Origin: Anthoceros angustus
Lineage: Eukaryota > Plantae > Anthocerotophyta
Assembly (NCBI GenBank): GCA_010909165.1
Contig: MU008227.1
Location: 46,016 to 110,015 of the forward strand
Direction of reading: 5' to 3'
Length of the DNA stretch: 64,000 nucleotides
This document shows, one piece after another, positions 50,401 through 62,309 of this stretch; the stretch's first letter is position 1, and the number at the start of each line of letters is the position of its first letter. Below the pieces are notes generated by a model that made no database searches, had not been told where the DNA came from, and was given only the letters and a program-made list of their open reading frames with translations. Position numbers and translations under genes: made by a program.

Positions 50401-53400
50401 TTCCAAAAGCCTATGATGAAGGAACACTGTTTGACTGCAATAAAGGATTAGGGGATAGTGTGATTTGGGGGCTATGTAGCTCGTCAAACGTAACACTACG
50501 TGCAAGTGTCAACTTAGAGGTCTGAGGGTCAAGCAACTTGTAAGCTTTGGATTCTTCAGAGCATCCTACAAACTCAAGCTTCTTAGACCCGTTATCTAAT
50601 TTACCTCGTTTGGCTTCAGGTATGAAAGCATAGGCGGGAGAACCAAACACTCGTAAGTGAGACAAGCTAGGTTTTCGACCCCAGAAAGCTTCATAAGGAG
50701 TCATGTCAGCAACAGCAGACATAACAAGACGATTGTGGATATATGTAGCAGCTACCACAGCCTCTGCCCAGAAGGACTTGGGGAGAGAGGCCCATGACAG
50801 CATACTCCGAGTCATTCCCATCAACGTCTCATTTTTCCTTTCATCAACTCCATTCTGTTGTTGTGTATAGGGGACATAAAGTTGCCGAATGATGCCGTGC
50901 TTCTCAAACAGATCATCAAACTTATGACCCGTAAATTCTCCTCCGTTATCTGTTCTGAAACACTTGACTAATCTACATGTCTGCCTCTGAACCATATGTA
51001 TCCATCTGGAGATATGTTCGAAGACATCACTCTTGAGTTTGAGAGGAAAAGTCCAAGTGTATCTCGAGAAATCATCTGTCAAGGAAAGGTAATATTCAGC
51101 ACCTCCCAAGCTCTTAACAGGAAATTTGCCTGCAATGTCGGCATGTATAAGCTCCAGAATTGCTTTAGCCCTAGTTGGCTCTTTGTTTCTGAAGGGTTGC
51201 TCCTTTGCTTTGACAGAATACATGGAGCACACGTCGACAAGTGTTTGAAGCAGCTGGGGAGTTTTTCTCGATAGAAACTTGAGTTTGACATAAGATCAAG
51301 CTTAGACCTGTTAACATGCCCAAGCCTAGCATGCCAAAGGTTAGCCTGAACATTATATGCTGCAAACAGAGCTCTAGCTTTAGACTTTGTGACTGTAACA
51401 AGTTGATACAAATCATTAACGAGAATTGCCTTAGCTATGTGTTTATCAGGGTGTGATAGATTGTACATGTAACATGTTCTGTCCTCAAAACGGAAGCCAT
51501 ACAATCTACTCTGTGCAATGGCTCTAATGGACAAGAGATTTTTGCTCATGGCTGGAACATATAGAACGTCTTCAAGATGCAGGGTGGTGCCATCAAGCAG
51601 TGGAATGTTAACGACACCAACACCTCTAACCTCAACACCACGTGAGTCTCCTACAAACACTGATTGTGGCATGGACTGTTTGTGATATGTTGAGAACATC
51701 GGCATTACAAACATGTGTCAGAGCTCCGTAATCGATAAACCCGATGATTAGGTTTCACGATAAGAAGTAAGGCAAACCGTTAACACAGAACTGCTATTCT
51801 TGTGTGTTGGGGTTGGATTCAGTCCAACTGTTCTGTCCTTAGAAGTGACATGTGCTTCAGGTCTGAAGTCACGCTTAGGATCTCCCCTTGCTCCTTTTCC
51901 TGACTCAAAAAATCCACGATTCGCCAGGCGTTTAGTGGAGCCAGATAAATGTCTGTTCTGGCCACTGTTATTATTGTTGCTGAACTTATCCTTCTTACTC
52001 TTATCTTTCCCCTTCCAAGGGCCTTTTCCTTTTGCAGCAAAAAGGACCTTGTCACCTCTGAGGCGACCACTGGAACCAGTCTTTCGACTCTGTTCTTCTT
52101 GGAGGAGGGCTCCAACCACTTCATTGAAGTTGATAGTAGCGAGCACGTGACAAAGACATACGAGTCCACGAGAGACGAGTTCACCGGAGACAAAAGTCGA
52201 TGGAGGCGGCAATGAGCGAGCATCATGTCCACCTCCGAGATTTTGCTGTTGAGGGTAGCAAGCTGTGCTCTAAGATAGCGTAGCTTCGACACATGTGCCC
52301 CAACCGATTCTCCATCCTTCAAACGCAGAGCATGGAAAGCATTACGGGCAGCAACCAAGGTAAGTATGTTTTGTACTTGATATGTGTCCGTTAACTGTTT
52401 CCAAACCGCAGCTGCTGTATCATGAAACTCCACCTCTGTGACGGTGGTCTCATCAAGTCCTGACAGCAAGATAGCATACGCAATCTTGTTGCCCTTCTTC
52501 CACTTGTCAATAACATCTTGTGTCGGCTGAGTGCCACCAGCAGGCACAATGGAAGGATCCGGGAGAGTGCCATCGGCGTATTCCCACACGTCGCGAGCGT
52601 TGAGATTGGCCTTCATGCGAGCTCTCCAACTTTCAAACCTGGTTTGAGTCCCATCAAATCTGTCTTTTTCCTTAAATTCCCCTGAGTAGGAAGAACCTAT
52701 GAAAGTTGTGGTCTGCTGGGCTCCTGTAGAACCCATGTTGACAACAGGGAGAACGGGGATAATAGGAAGTGGTGGATTTGAGTAGAGCCAGGAAAAAAGT
52801 TCAGAGTCTGAGTCACTATCTGAATCAAACAACGACATAACCTACGGTAACGTCATTTGAGATGTGTGTGTGGACTATGCTTCAGCTAACAATGCTTGCA
52901 GGAGATTTGATAGAGACGAGAGTACGGGAAAGAAGAGATGACTGATATCCTATCCTGTCCGTGATCTCGTCTACTATGCAGATCTCAGGCACAGCGTGTG
53001 TTAACTCGAACGAACAATTTGTGGGCAGGGGCTGTGAGCAAGTGGGGAAGGAACGGATAAAAGTTTTATCCTAGCCTACGCTTGCTCTTCCTCTGAGTTC
53101 AAAGTTCCAGCACACAGAAAATGGTGAAGAGGTACGTCTGTACTGAACAGATACGTAGACAACCTAAAAACTGGAAAAGTCACGTGAACGCTAACTAACA
53201 GGTGCAAGTGACCTAATTTTTCAGGTTGGGAGACACCAAGAGGTGTTGGATCTGCGACAGTCGACGCTGCAAACACATGCAAGGTCTTTGGACATCCACC
53301 CCAACAAGCACCTTGATCGTGGCCCATTGATGCCGGAAATGCAGCCTTGCACGCTCGGCTATGGAGAGCGTCGCTTTAGATCACCATCGTGACTCACAAA

Positions 53401-54263
53401 GATTCTCGACTTGGGCACTCACGTGTAGGTACAAGTGAGTCCAAATACAGGTCAGAATAACCTCCGAGATGGGTGCAGGCGCCGATACGTTGGCCGATCA
53501 TCCGCCACATTAGCACTTCATCAGCTTCAATGTCAGAGGAGATTTCCACCAAGAACGGCTGAGTAGTTGTGATGAACCTGATCATCAATGATTCAATTAC
53601 TTCCAGCCGAAGAGAGAGCCTTTCTGAAGCAAAGGGATCTGCTGACAGGAGAGGATTCTCTTCAGCAACCCTTTGTGCTCCTCTTGTTGGTGGGGAAATT
53701 TCCTCCTCTTGTGCGTCCTCACGCAGTGAATTCAGCACTGACGCGGCGCGAACTCCGCTTGAAAGCTGGGAGAAGGCCGCCTTGGGACTCGCTATAGTAG
53801 CCGCCGAGAAGCGCCTAATTACACCAAGACTTTCCCTATGTCTACCATTAGTCCAAGAATCTGTGATGAGGTCATTGTGGCGCCTCTGTACATATTCTTC
53901 CCTAGAGAGAACCCTTGAAGGAACGTCAGGAGGAGTCCTTTCACGACGTCTCCTGTTCCTTCGAGGCATTTTTCTTTAAGGCAGATTCATTTAGCAATAT
54001 GTACCTATCTAAAATCTGTCATGCTCAAGATTGTCTTAGCTACGTGCCATAGCTAGACATTAAGTGCAGTGGAAGTCACAGAGCCGTGGCTCTGATACCA
54101 TGACACGATGTGCTAGGCATAGACAGCGTATGCAGAACACAAAACAATGAATAAATTAACGAACAAAATTGTGTCTTATATAGTTGTATGTTAATGTAAC
54201 CTAAAGGTAAGCTTAACTAACCATGTGAGGTTAACTAACTGTGATTAAGTTCTAATCCTAACA
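47494..54263 (-). mobile_element. Full-length Ty1/copia element B (6.77 kb) nested at the start of copia A gag
   Basis: 163-bp TG...CA LTRs (47494-47656, 54101-54263) with 1 mismatch. PBS 54087-54100, PPT AAGAGGGGG, near-TSD CTTCC/CTCCC. gag 51819-52838, integrase 50411-51232 (RTDNGGEF), RT ALYVDD, RNase H YADADWA. Confidence 0.95.
53394..53969 (-). CDS. Extra ORF (191 aa, unknown function) between PBS and gag of copia B
   Basis: Open ATG-initiated frame (MPRRNRRRRER...) with clear protein similarity to the leader of the copia at 440-895 (xNPL...EVxESxxxRFxxxTxPFLVEISSDIE). Confidence 0.7.
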   Translation of the reverse strand: MPRRNRRRRERTPPDVPSRVLSREEYVQRRHNDLITDSWTNGRHRESLGVIRRFSAATIASPKAAFSQLSSGVRAASVLNSLREDAQEEEISPPTRGAQRVAEENPLLSADPFASERLSLRLEVIESLMIRFITTTQPFLVEISSDIEADEVLMWRMIGQRIGACTHLGGYSDLYLDSLVPTRECPSRESL

Positions 54264-55418
54264 CTCCCAGCTATTTTAACTTTGATGTCTGGTATTGGGT
54301 TAAAGGAGGAGAAGTGCTTGTCAAGGGATCCTAGGAAGTCAGCCTCGACGTCACTATCTTCATCAACTACACTACCAGGTTCATCAACCTGCTGAACCAG
54401 GTTCTTGAAGCAACCATCAGCTGTGAGCCACCCTCCATGCCCCTTGCAATCTGCAGCAAATTTCAGAGTACTCCACTTGGGCCTCGCTTTGGAGTGAGGC
54501 TAGGGAGGTACAAAGTAGCAATTGGATCACGAGAGGACATGCCAGGCACACCAGATTTTTGGGCTTCAATCAAACCACTCACAAGGTTAGACAAAAGCAC
54601 AATCTTGTGTTGCAGTCCTCTAGAGCTCCCTCAAAATTGGCTGTGATTCTTTCTAAAAGGTTCCAGCAGGAGGCAAAGTGATCTCTCGAAGATTGAGTGG
54701 ATCTCACGATCAGCACGCAACCTCTCAAATGCCAGGAGCACCTTTGATCCTGAATTTTCAGATGGTTGGCTTGTCTCGATTTTCGTAATATCTTGGTCTT
54801 GGTCTCTAATTGTGGTGACAATTACGACATTACAACAGTGTCTTACTTGGATGGCGAGGAGGAGTTGAGGGGAAATTCCTCCTATTAGATCTAGGAGCCG
54901 GCTGCAGCTTGTAATTTCTGTAAGATGCCAGATTCCGGTCTATTTCCTCTTGTCTTGCAATTTGACTAGCAAAGCTGCCAACACGCACTCGCTGATCAGT
55001 CCTCCTCCGCGTCATGTTCGTAGGATCAGTATTGAAGGCCTTCCCTACTGCTAAGAGCAACCAGTACTCAAAGCTGAAGGTGTCTGGGCAAGTGAGCAAA
55101 GCCAAAAGGAATTTGAATTGAGTGATTAGAATTCACTGGAGTTTCTACATTAGCCTTGATTTTGTACCCATGCATTCTGGCCTAGTGTAATGCTGTGAAA
55201 TCCATCTAGAGAACTAGAATGCACTCAGAACATTAGCCTAGATGGCTCTGATACCATCTTATAAATTGTAATAGCGGAAGCGTTTGCAAGTAAACAAAAT
55301 GCAATTAAACAATGAGTACACAAAATTGTCTTGAATAGTTGGTATTGTGCCCCTTGGGTAATTAACCTAATTATAAATAAATAATATGCGAGGTTAAACT
55401 AACCCCTAATTATTAACA

Positions 55419-58400
55419 GAAGCTTCCAAAGCCTTGAGGAGCTCGTAGTAGCAAACTGAGTCGACGGTCGGATTGCTCTTCCACATGCGCCCGAGCACCG
55501 ATACTCTCTCGCCATAGGTGCTCCGCACCGAGCGTGCCGGCCCGTGCTCACGCCCGCTTCCATCGCTGTGTCGGCTGGGCTTGGAGCCGAGTAGAATCTC
55601 ATGAGGCCACTAGGGAGGCCTCTATCACTTCCTGGCCGCCCACCCGCCTCCAGCCTCCTTGTTCCGCACCCTCGGGCCATGGCGCTCCCTCCGCCTTCCT
55701 CAATCGTGGACCACAGCCTTCTTTTCGCCTAAGGCCCTTGCTCCTCCATTCATCCTGGCCTGAAGCTCCGCCATCTCCCTTCCCAAGCGGTCCGGCAACT
55801 CCACCCGGTTCCTTGGTTCATCCAGGTCCTTCTCCATTTCGGCGACGTCCTGCTCCTTGTTCCATCGCCTCACCTCCTCCGTCCTCAAGCAGAGCTGGAG
55901 TTGCGCTATCTCCCGCTCGTGGTTTGCGATCACTCCCTGGAGGGCTCCATGCCGCGATCGGTTCTTGGAGTCAGAGCTCTCCTTGCTTTCATCTCCTCGC
56001 CGCTGCTCTCCTCCACGCAATCGGCCCGAGCCAGCCCTCCACAGTTGGCCTCTCTTCTCGCCTAACTCGTGCTCGCCCGCCACTCGCTTCGCCAGCAGTT
56101 AGCCGGGCCCCCGCTGCCTCTCCTCCACTTGATTCCGATTCGCCGTGAATGATCCTGGCCGCTCTTAGCCACGGCTTGCCTCCCGCGCCTTCACCTGAGC
56201 CACCGCGGCCAGGGTGTTCCCGCTGAGCCGGCTGTCTCGAGCTCGCCCGCCTGCCTTCGTGCTTCCTCCAACTCTCCTCGCGCTTCGCCGATCGCAGAAA
56301 GGTCCTCCGCCTGCTTGGCCTCTTGAGGCCGCTTCATTTCAGACATTGAGGACCTGGTCCGGCTTCAATATCGGACCTCCCGCCTCCGCCTCCCGACGCT
56401 CTCCTCGATTCGGGCGAGGACTCCGCCTTCTTGGCCGCTGGCCGCCTCCACCGCCTCCCGGAGAAGCACCATGCGCCTCTGGTGGCCTCCACTTCGGGTT
56501 TTCTTTGGCGCCCATGAGGCTCCAGAGCATGATCCCATGACGGTTGCCGTGCCGTGTCTCTTCCACGGCCACGTACCGAGAGAGGCACCCAAGAAGTCCC
56601 AGTGGGTGCGGGGCATCTCCCGGGGACCGCCAGATGGCATGGCCCTGAGTGACCCGACTTGGCTCTCGGACTGATAAGGACCTCAGTCACAGTGTCCGGT
56701 CCGTCCTTCAATCTCCTTGGCCTGCTTTGGCCGCACTCCCTTTCTCCGCCCGCCTGCTTGGGGCTCCTTGGAGGTGGGGGGTCCTGGAACCGCTGCTGCT
56801 TCCTCTTCTTATACAGACTGGCTCAATGTGGTTGCTGCCTCCTCTGTGCCTTTGGGCGGCGCCCCGCCTTCTCACGGCTTCCTCCGCCTCGCCACCAGAA
56901 GTAGGAACCGTACGCCTCCTTGGCGCTTCATTGGCGGGAGCCGCTTTTCGCCTCGATTTGCGACTCTCCTCGTCCCGTGGCTCAGCCGGGCATGGTGGGT
57001 TGCCGGGTGGGCGCCGCCGCTAGCTCCCTTCCCGTAGGTGCTTCGTCCGTCGCGGGGGCCTCCGCTTCCGGAACTAGAAGGAGGGAGGCAGGAATATCCT
57101 CCCATACCTCCCGGGGCGGCGAGGGGGTCCGTTCCAGTCAAATGGAATCCCGGATCCCTTCCCAATCGTCCTCCTCCCGGGCCCGTTTGGCCTTAGGAGG
57201 TCGGACCTCCGCCTCTTGCGCCTTCGCTCCTTCCCGCTCCGCCTCTGGTAGGGCCGCCCTTTTGAGCGCCGCCCTCTTCTCCCTCCTTCTGTGGAGGTTG
57301 AGATGTCCCCATACATGGATGAGGAAGGGTGATGCCGACGGAGGTGGCTTCTCACCCGTAGCTTCCTCGGCCTCGATCCTCGGCGAAGATGATACGCCCC
57401 TGGGCCGTCTTTTTCCTCGTCAGGGGCGGCAGAACACCGAGATTGTCACAGGTGATCCACCTTGGTGAGCATGTTCCAATGGACAATGACCTTAGCCAAC
57501 GCCCTCACCCGCACATATCAAAGAAGTCCGACATCACAAATTGGACGACTGTTGCATCCCCGGCGGACATTGCCGCCTTCGCTTCCCACCTTTCCCCTCA
57601 CCTTGAGGGGCCCGAACTACTTCAATTTTCCACCCAAGTGGTTGTAAACCACCCTCGGGACCTCCACGGTCCATCTCCTGGGATCCTCCCTCAAGCTCTT
57701 GTAGCGAACCTCCTTGTTAGCAACTGCCAGCATCTTTCTGGTGTACTCGGATTTAGCGACGTGCCAAATGTCCGCATCAAGGCCAAGATGTCCATGCCAT
57801 TGCTCCACGAGCTCCTTCGTCATTCCAGGGCCGTCGGGTATCGCTTATGGACGATGTTGTGTTCTACCAGGGCTCCCATACCTCCACGCCTTGTTGGGTC
57901 CCATAGCTGGGCTTTCTCGCCGTTGAAAAATTGTGCCACGACACTCACGCCTTCCGCCGCTGGCCGCTTCCAACCACGAAGGTGAGCGGCGAGAGTGCTC
58001 AAGGCCGAAAAGACAACGCCAGAGCTGCGTCGGAGCGCGATGGACTGTGAAAACCGCCGCGAGGTCGTGACAAAGAATGGCCTTCCTCCCCGCGATGCTT
58101 GGCGGAAGGGGGCTGAGGGTGTCTTCGCCAGCCCGTAATCGCCGAGGTCCGCATGGCTTACTTCCCGCCTCTTACGCCCGCTTACTCGCCTTACGCCGCC
58201 GCATTTCAGCCTTACGTCAGCATCCGGCCGCGTGACACCGCTTATAACCCGCCCACCTGGGCAAATTTCTATCTGGTCTCGTCGGCGTTCACCTCCCTCG
58301 CCTGGCCCACGTGGCCCCGTCTGTCTAAAACACGCTCCAATTCTTAAGTTACTTTACTTGGCGATTTATCCTGGCCCCTACTCCGTGAGTGTGGTCCTGG

Positions 58401-58619
58401 ACTTACCTACTCCTGAAAGCGCGGTCCGGACCCCCCCCCTCCAGAGTGTAGTCCGTAGCTCCTCCAGAGTGTGCTCCGGAGTCCTCCAGCCTACTCCGAA
58501 GTGCAGTCCGGAGTATTCCGGACTTATTTCTTCCCTTCCGCCTTATTTCCTGCTCCACGCTTACGAAAAAACAAAAACCTGACCCATTTCCTACCTAAAG
58601 AGAGAATCCGTGGTCCACA
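55419..58619 (-). mobile_element. 5' portion of the giant gypsy LTR with embedded ORF (ATG 58154), interrupted by copia A
   Basis: Begins TGTGGACCACGG on the minus strand and is collinear with 5767-~8800. Confidence 0.75.
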
Positions 58620-60342
58620 CCATGCAAGCGTCCTTAAAATCAACAAAGTTAAGATTTGAAGAAGGTGTAAGATTTGAACTCGAAACCCCCTCTTTACTAC
58701 ACCTTTCTTCCGACCACTTCACTAACGTTTCCGAGTTACTAGCTTTTTGAGCCGCTAAATAATTAATTTTTACATACGCCATGAGGAGCCCAGGGGAGGA
58801 ACATCACGGCCGCCTATGGGTGTGTGTTAGGGGAGGGCGCCGGCCACCATGCAAGGTGGTGTGTTGGGGAGGGCACCGGCCGCCCCCATGGGCAAGGCAG
58901 GTGCTAGGGGAGGGCGCGCCCATGGGCAAGGTGGCTTAGGAAGGCCAGCACATGGGCAGGTGTTAGAGGGCGCCACCGGCGCCCATGAGGCATGCTGGGG
59001 AGGGCGTCACCGACGCCTCCCTAGCTCCACTGCATGCACCACGGGCATGTACACCCATGGGTGGCATGCTAAGCAAGGCGCCGCCACGCCTCCCTTAGCA
59101 CCATCCTACGATACATGCGGGTGAAGTGGGGGGATAAGAAGGGAACGGCAGTATCCTATCACCGATGGAAGGTGTGCCCATTTGAGAAGGGTTAAAAGAT
59201 TTGGCCCATAGGTGACTCAAGAGTACAAGTGGTGGAAAGCCTTTTGGGTGGACTAGAAGGAGATTGCTATCATTGTGGAGAATAACATTGGGCTAGTGCT
59301 ACGCCCTTGAAGTGGTTTTCACGTGCGTGGATCATAACCACCACTCAAGTGCCGATGAAGCTTTGCGGATGAGGCATTATTGAGGGACCTCCCAGTGATA
59401 TGTACTTGGGGCATATCAAAATGCCGGAAGGCAACAAAGTGGGAATGCGGATGAATGGAGACATAATGGAAATCTGAAGGAAGCCAAAGTGCCATGCACT
59501 ATGGACACGCATAACAAGCCATTCGGATTGGGAGAGTCATTGACGGGTTAGATGCACCACGACTCACTTTCTTATCCATCGGTATCGGACCGAGCACACG
59601 CGCATTTAAGGAGATATGTGTAGGAATACATAGTCCCCGAAAGTGCCAACCCATCCGTCCGATGCCGAGGAAAAAGGGAATAAGGTCCATTACCCAAAAA
59701 ACATACATGAGGTGTTTGTGAATGAAACAGCCATCTTGTATTATGGGTTTGTGTTGAACGCACGGAAACATGTGTATATGGTGGACAAAAAAGCGATAAG
59801 GGATAAGCTCTGCAAGTTGCGCGGCTTCATACAGCATGCGAGTCAAAGTGCCGCTGAAGATAGTGATGACAATGCTGGAGAAGCTGGACCAAGTAGGACG
59901 AAGGATTGAACTCTGGTGATGAGTGGAATTGAAATCACGGTTTGTCCCGGGGTCCCAGAGTGAATGTTGTACGTTTGGTTCCAGATGTTACTGTGTTTTG
60001 GAAATACCCTATCCGTGGCTTTTGTTGTGTCCTTACTAAACCACATTTTCCTCCCAAAACTGAATTTATAGTCGTCCCTTCTCGGAAGGAACGGCCTTCC
60101 TTACCGTTCCTACTTTGCATTAATCCCATAGGTTTGAGTTTGTGACCACCATTCGAAAAAAACATTGCCGGATGGAAAGTAGGAACTTTAGTGGGTGACA
60201 CCCTTTGTTTCCGAGATGTTTTCCGGAATGCCTTTAAAACGCTGTTTTAGGGCCCATCAAAAACCCCCTTCAGAGATTATTTACGGAAAACCCCCTTTGA
60301 GATTATTTACCCCCTTCAAAAATTATGATGTTTCTACTTCAG

Positions 60343-61020
60343 AGTCCATGGGGCAATAGATGGGGCCACCCACTACGTCCCATGGTTGGTGCTGGAAGAT
60401 AAGAAGCGGGGGACAACCATTTTCAATGCCTATGTGGATGCAGTGAGGAGGTTTGGCCCATCCCCAGCAGATTCGGTCGGACTATGCAGCAGAGCACAAC
60501 CTGATAGAGGCGGACATGAACCGTGCGAGGCCAAGGGCACACGGCGAACTTCATTCATCCTCCGTGCACAACCAAAGTCCGATGTGGTTGCTTATGGCCT
60601 TTTGTCACACGAGGAGGTATGGTGGTAGCAATTGCCCTTTCTGTAGAGGATTGAGCATTTTTGGCGGTCATTGGGGGTGAAGTGGGCGCCTGTGACGAGG
60701 GGTACATGATGGATTTGGTGAGGAGTAGCGACTGGACATCACCAACCCTAGCACATCCATTCCCCGTGACATGTCACCTTCATGCCCACCATGAGGCTGA
60801 GCTGTGGAACAAGCACAGTGGTGCGCAAGATAAGGCGGACCGACATCTCGGCCATGTGCTGCACAGCATTCCGTGAAGAGGCTCGGCCCAAGAGTGGTGC
60901 ACCACCCGCATATGAGGCTGGAGGCATGGCGAGGAGTTCGATGTCTGGTCCTCAATATGCATGTAACGCCCTCGAGATGCCACCGTTAGGCGCGATTGAG
61001 CTGTTGTCCGAGGTGAGTCC
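60343..61020 (+). pseudogene. Integrase-core (DDE) DNA transposase relic, IS3EU-like, with introns
   Basis: VHGAIDGATHY...TIFNAYVDAVRRFG-HPQQIRSDYAAEH...SSVHNQ[intron ~60577-60646]RIEHFWR...WNKH matches the family pattern HGxIDG...PxRVRSDxGxEN...SVHNQRIERLWR...WNxH. Confidence 0.7.
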
Positions 61021-61817
61021 TCGGCTGAAGCACACTTGTCTTTTTGTGTGTAGGTTGCAGCTATTTTCCGTCATGTAAGGTTCCATCCCTTGAGGCATTG
61101 CACCGCTCGATCAAACGCAGCATCACTGTGAGCTGCGGCAGAACCGTGATGTCGCGAGGGACAATGCCATGCGAAGGGCTTGAGGCATGGACTTCCTCCC
61201 GACAGGTACCGCCTGCACTCGGCACCGACGACATGCAGTGTGGAGTGCACGAGTTGGGGAGGCAATCGCTGAGTACCTCCAAGATGGATGCAAGTCAAGC
61301 CACGCCGCTTTTGAGTGCAAGCATTGTATGTGGAATCGCTTATGGAAGCCCTTCTCTGTTGGTCCTTCTAGTACAAGCTTGTTTCGGGGTAGTTAGTGCT
61401 ATGTGAAATCACCCCCATAGGCGAGGCCTAGGAAACGCGTGTACCATGCAGCCACAAACATTGGCAATTTTGCACGTAAGGGCAACGACTTACCAACGCA
61501 AATGTAGACGATGACTGCAGCGCAAATGCAATTGCATATGGTAAGCGCAGCTCTAACGCAACCGCTGACAACCCTAACAAATTGTGGATGCCGCGTGAGC
61601 GGATATGGCATATTGCGTGCCGCAATGGCGCGGCAACGCAAATGACCTAAACGCAAACCTAACCCCAAAAGAAGAAAAGTTTCTGTGTATCGTGGAATCT
61701 TTTCGTGTATCATGGGGTGGATTGACCACATCGGGATATGGGGGGCCGCAGCCCCAACGGATGTGATCATGCATGACATACTGAAATGGTTCCGCCATAT
61801 GCGGTGGGACTATTTCT

Positions 61818-61987
61818 CCACAACCCTAAAAAAATATGGATGCCGCATGATGAGATGGTATTCCATACACCAGGCCAAAAGTGTGTGATAGAAAGTTTTT
61901 TGCTCACAACCCTAAAAAATGTGGATGCCATGTGAGGAGATCGGTATTCTATATACCAGGCCAAAAGTGTGTGATAGAAAGTTTTTA
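61818..61987. repeat. Two imperfect direct copies of an ~85-bp unit
   Basis: cacaaccctaaaaaa...ccaggccaaaagtgtgtgatagaaagttttt occurs twice. Confidence 0.85.
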
Positions 61988-62309
61988 GCCCGCGTACGAC
62001 CCTGCCCGAAAAGATGTGGTGTATATTATATATATGTGTATTATACAAAGGAATGAAGATGCCGTGGCATATTGGAGTATAGTACAGCCGAAAAAACAAT
62101 GTCACACACACGACGACCCGTGACGAGATGGGTTTTCCATACCCCTGACGACTTCGGTATTTCATATAGAATCTTTTGGGATTCATCAAGAGTCGGTGTC
62201 CCGTACAAACTGGCGGGAATGGACGAAGAGTTGCCTCTCTCGTTTTCCAGAGTAAGGCAGGGAGGTCCCAGCAAGCGCCTGAGCAAGCCAGGCGCTTGCT
62301 GGGGTGGCC

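Larger units (their letters stand above)
41889..55418 (-). mobile_element. Ty1/copia element A (LTRs 41889-42050 and 55257-55418, PBS 55243-55256) hosting nested insertions and spanning the N gap
   Basis: 162-bp LTRs differ at 3 positions. iMet PBS, and PPT TAAGTGGGAG next to the left LTR. gag 46608-47493, integrase remnant ~45200-45520, RT 43537-44940 (ALYVDD), RNase H ARTKHIELYHHYIRD. Confidence 0.85.

Noticed and set aside
60258-60322. Short duplicated AAAACCCCCTT..GAGATTATTTAC motif as a regulatory site
   Set aside because: Local tandem duplication with no functional evidence.
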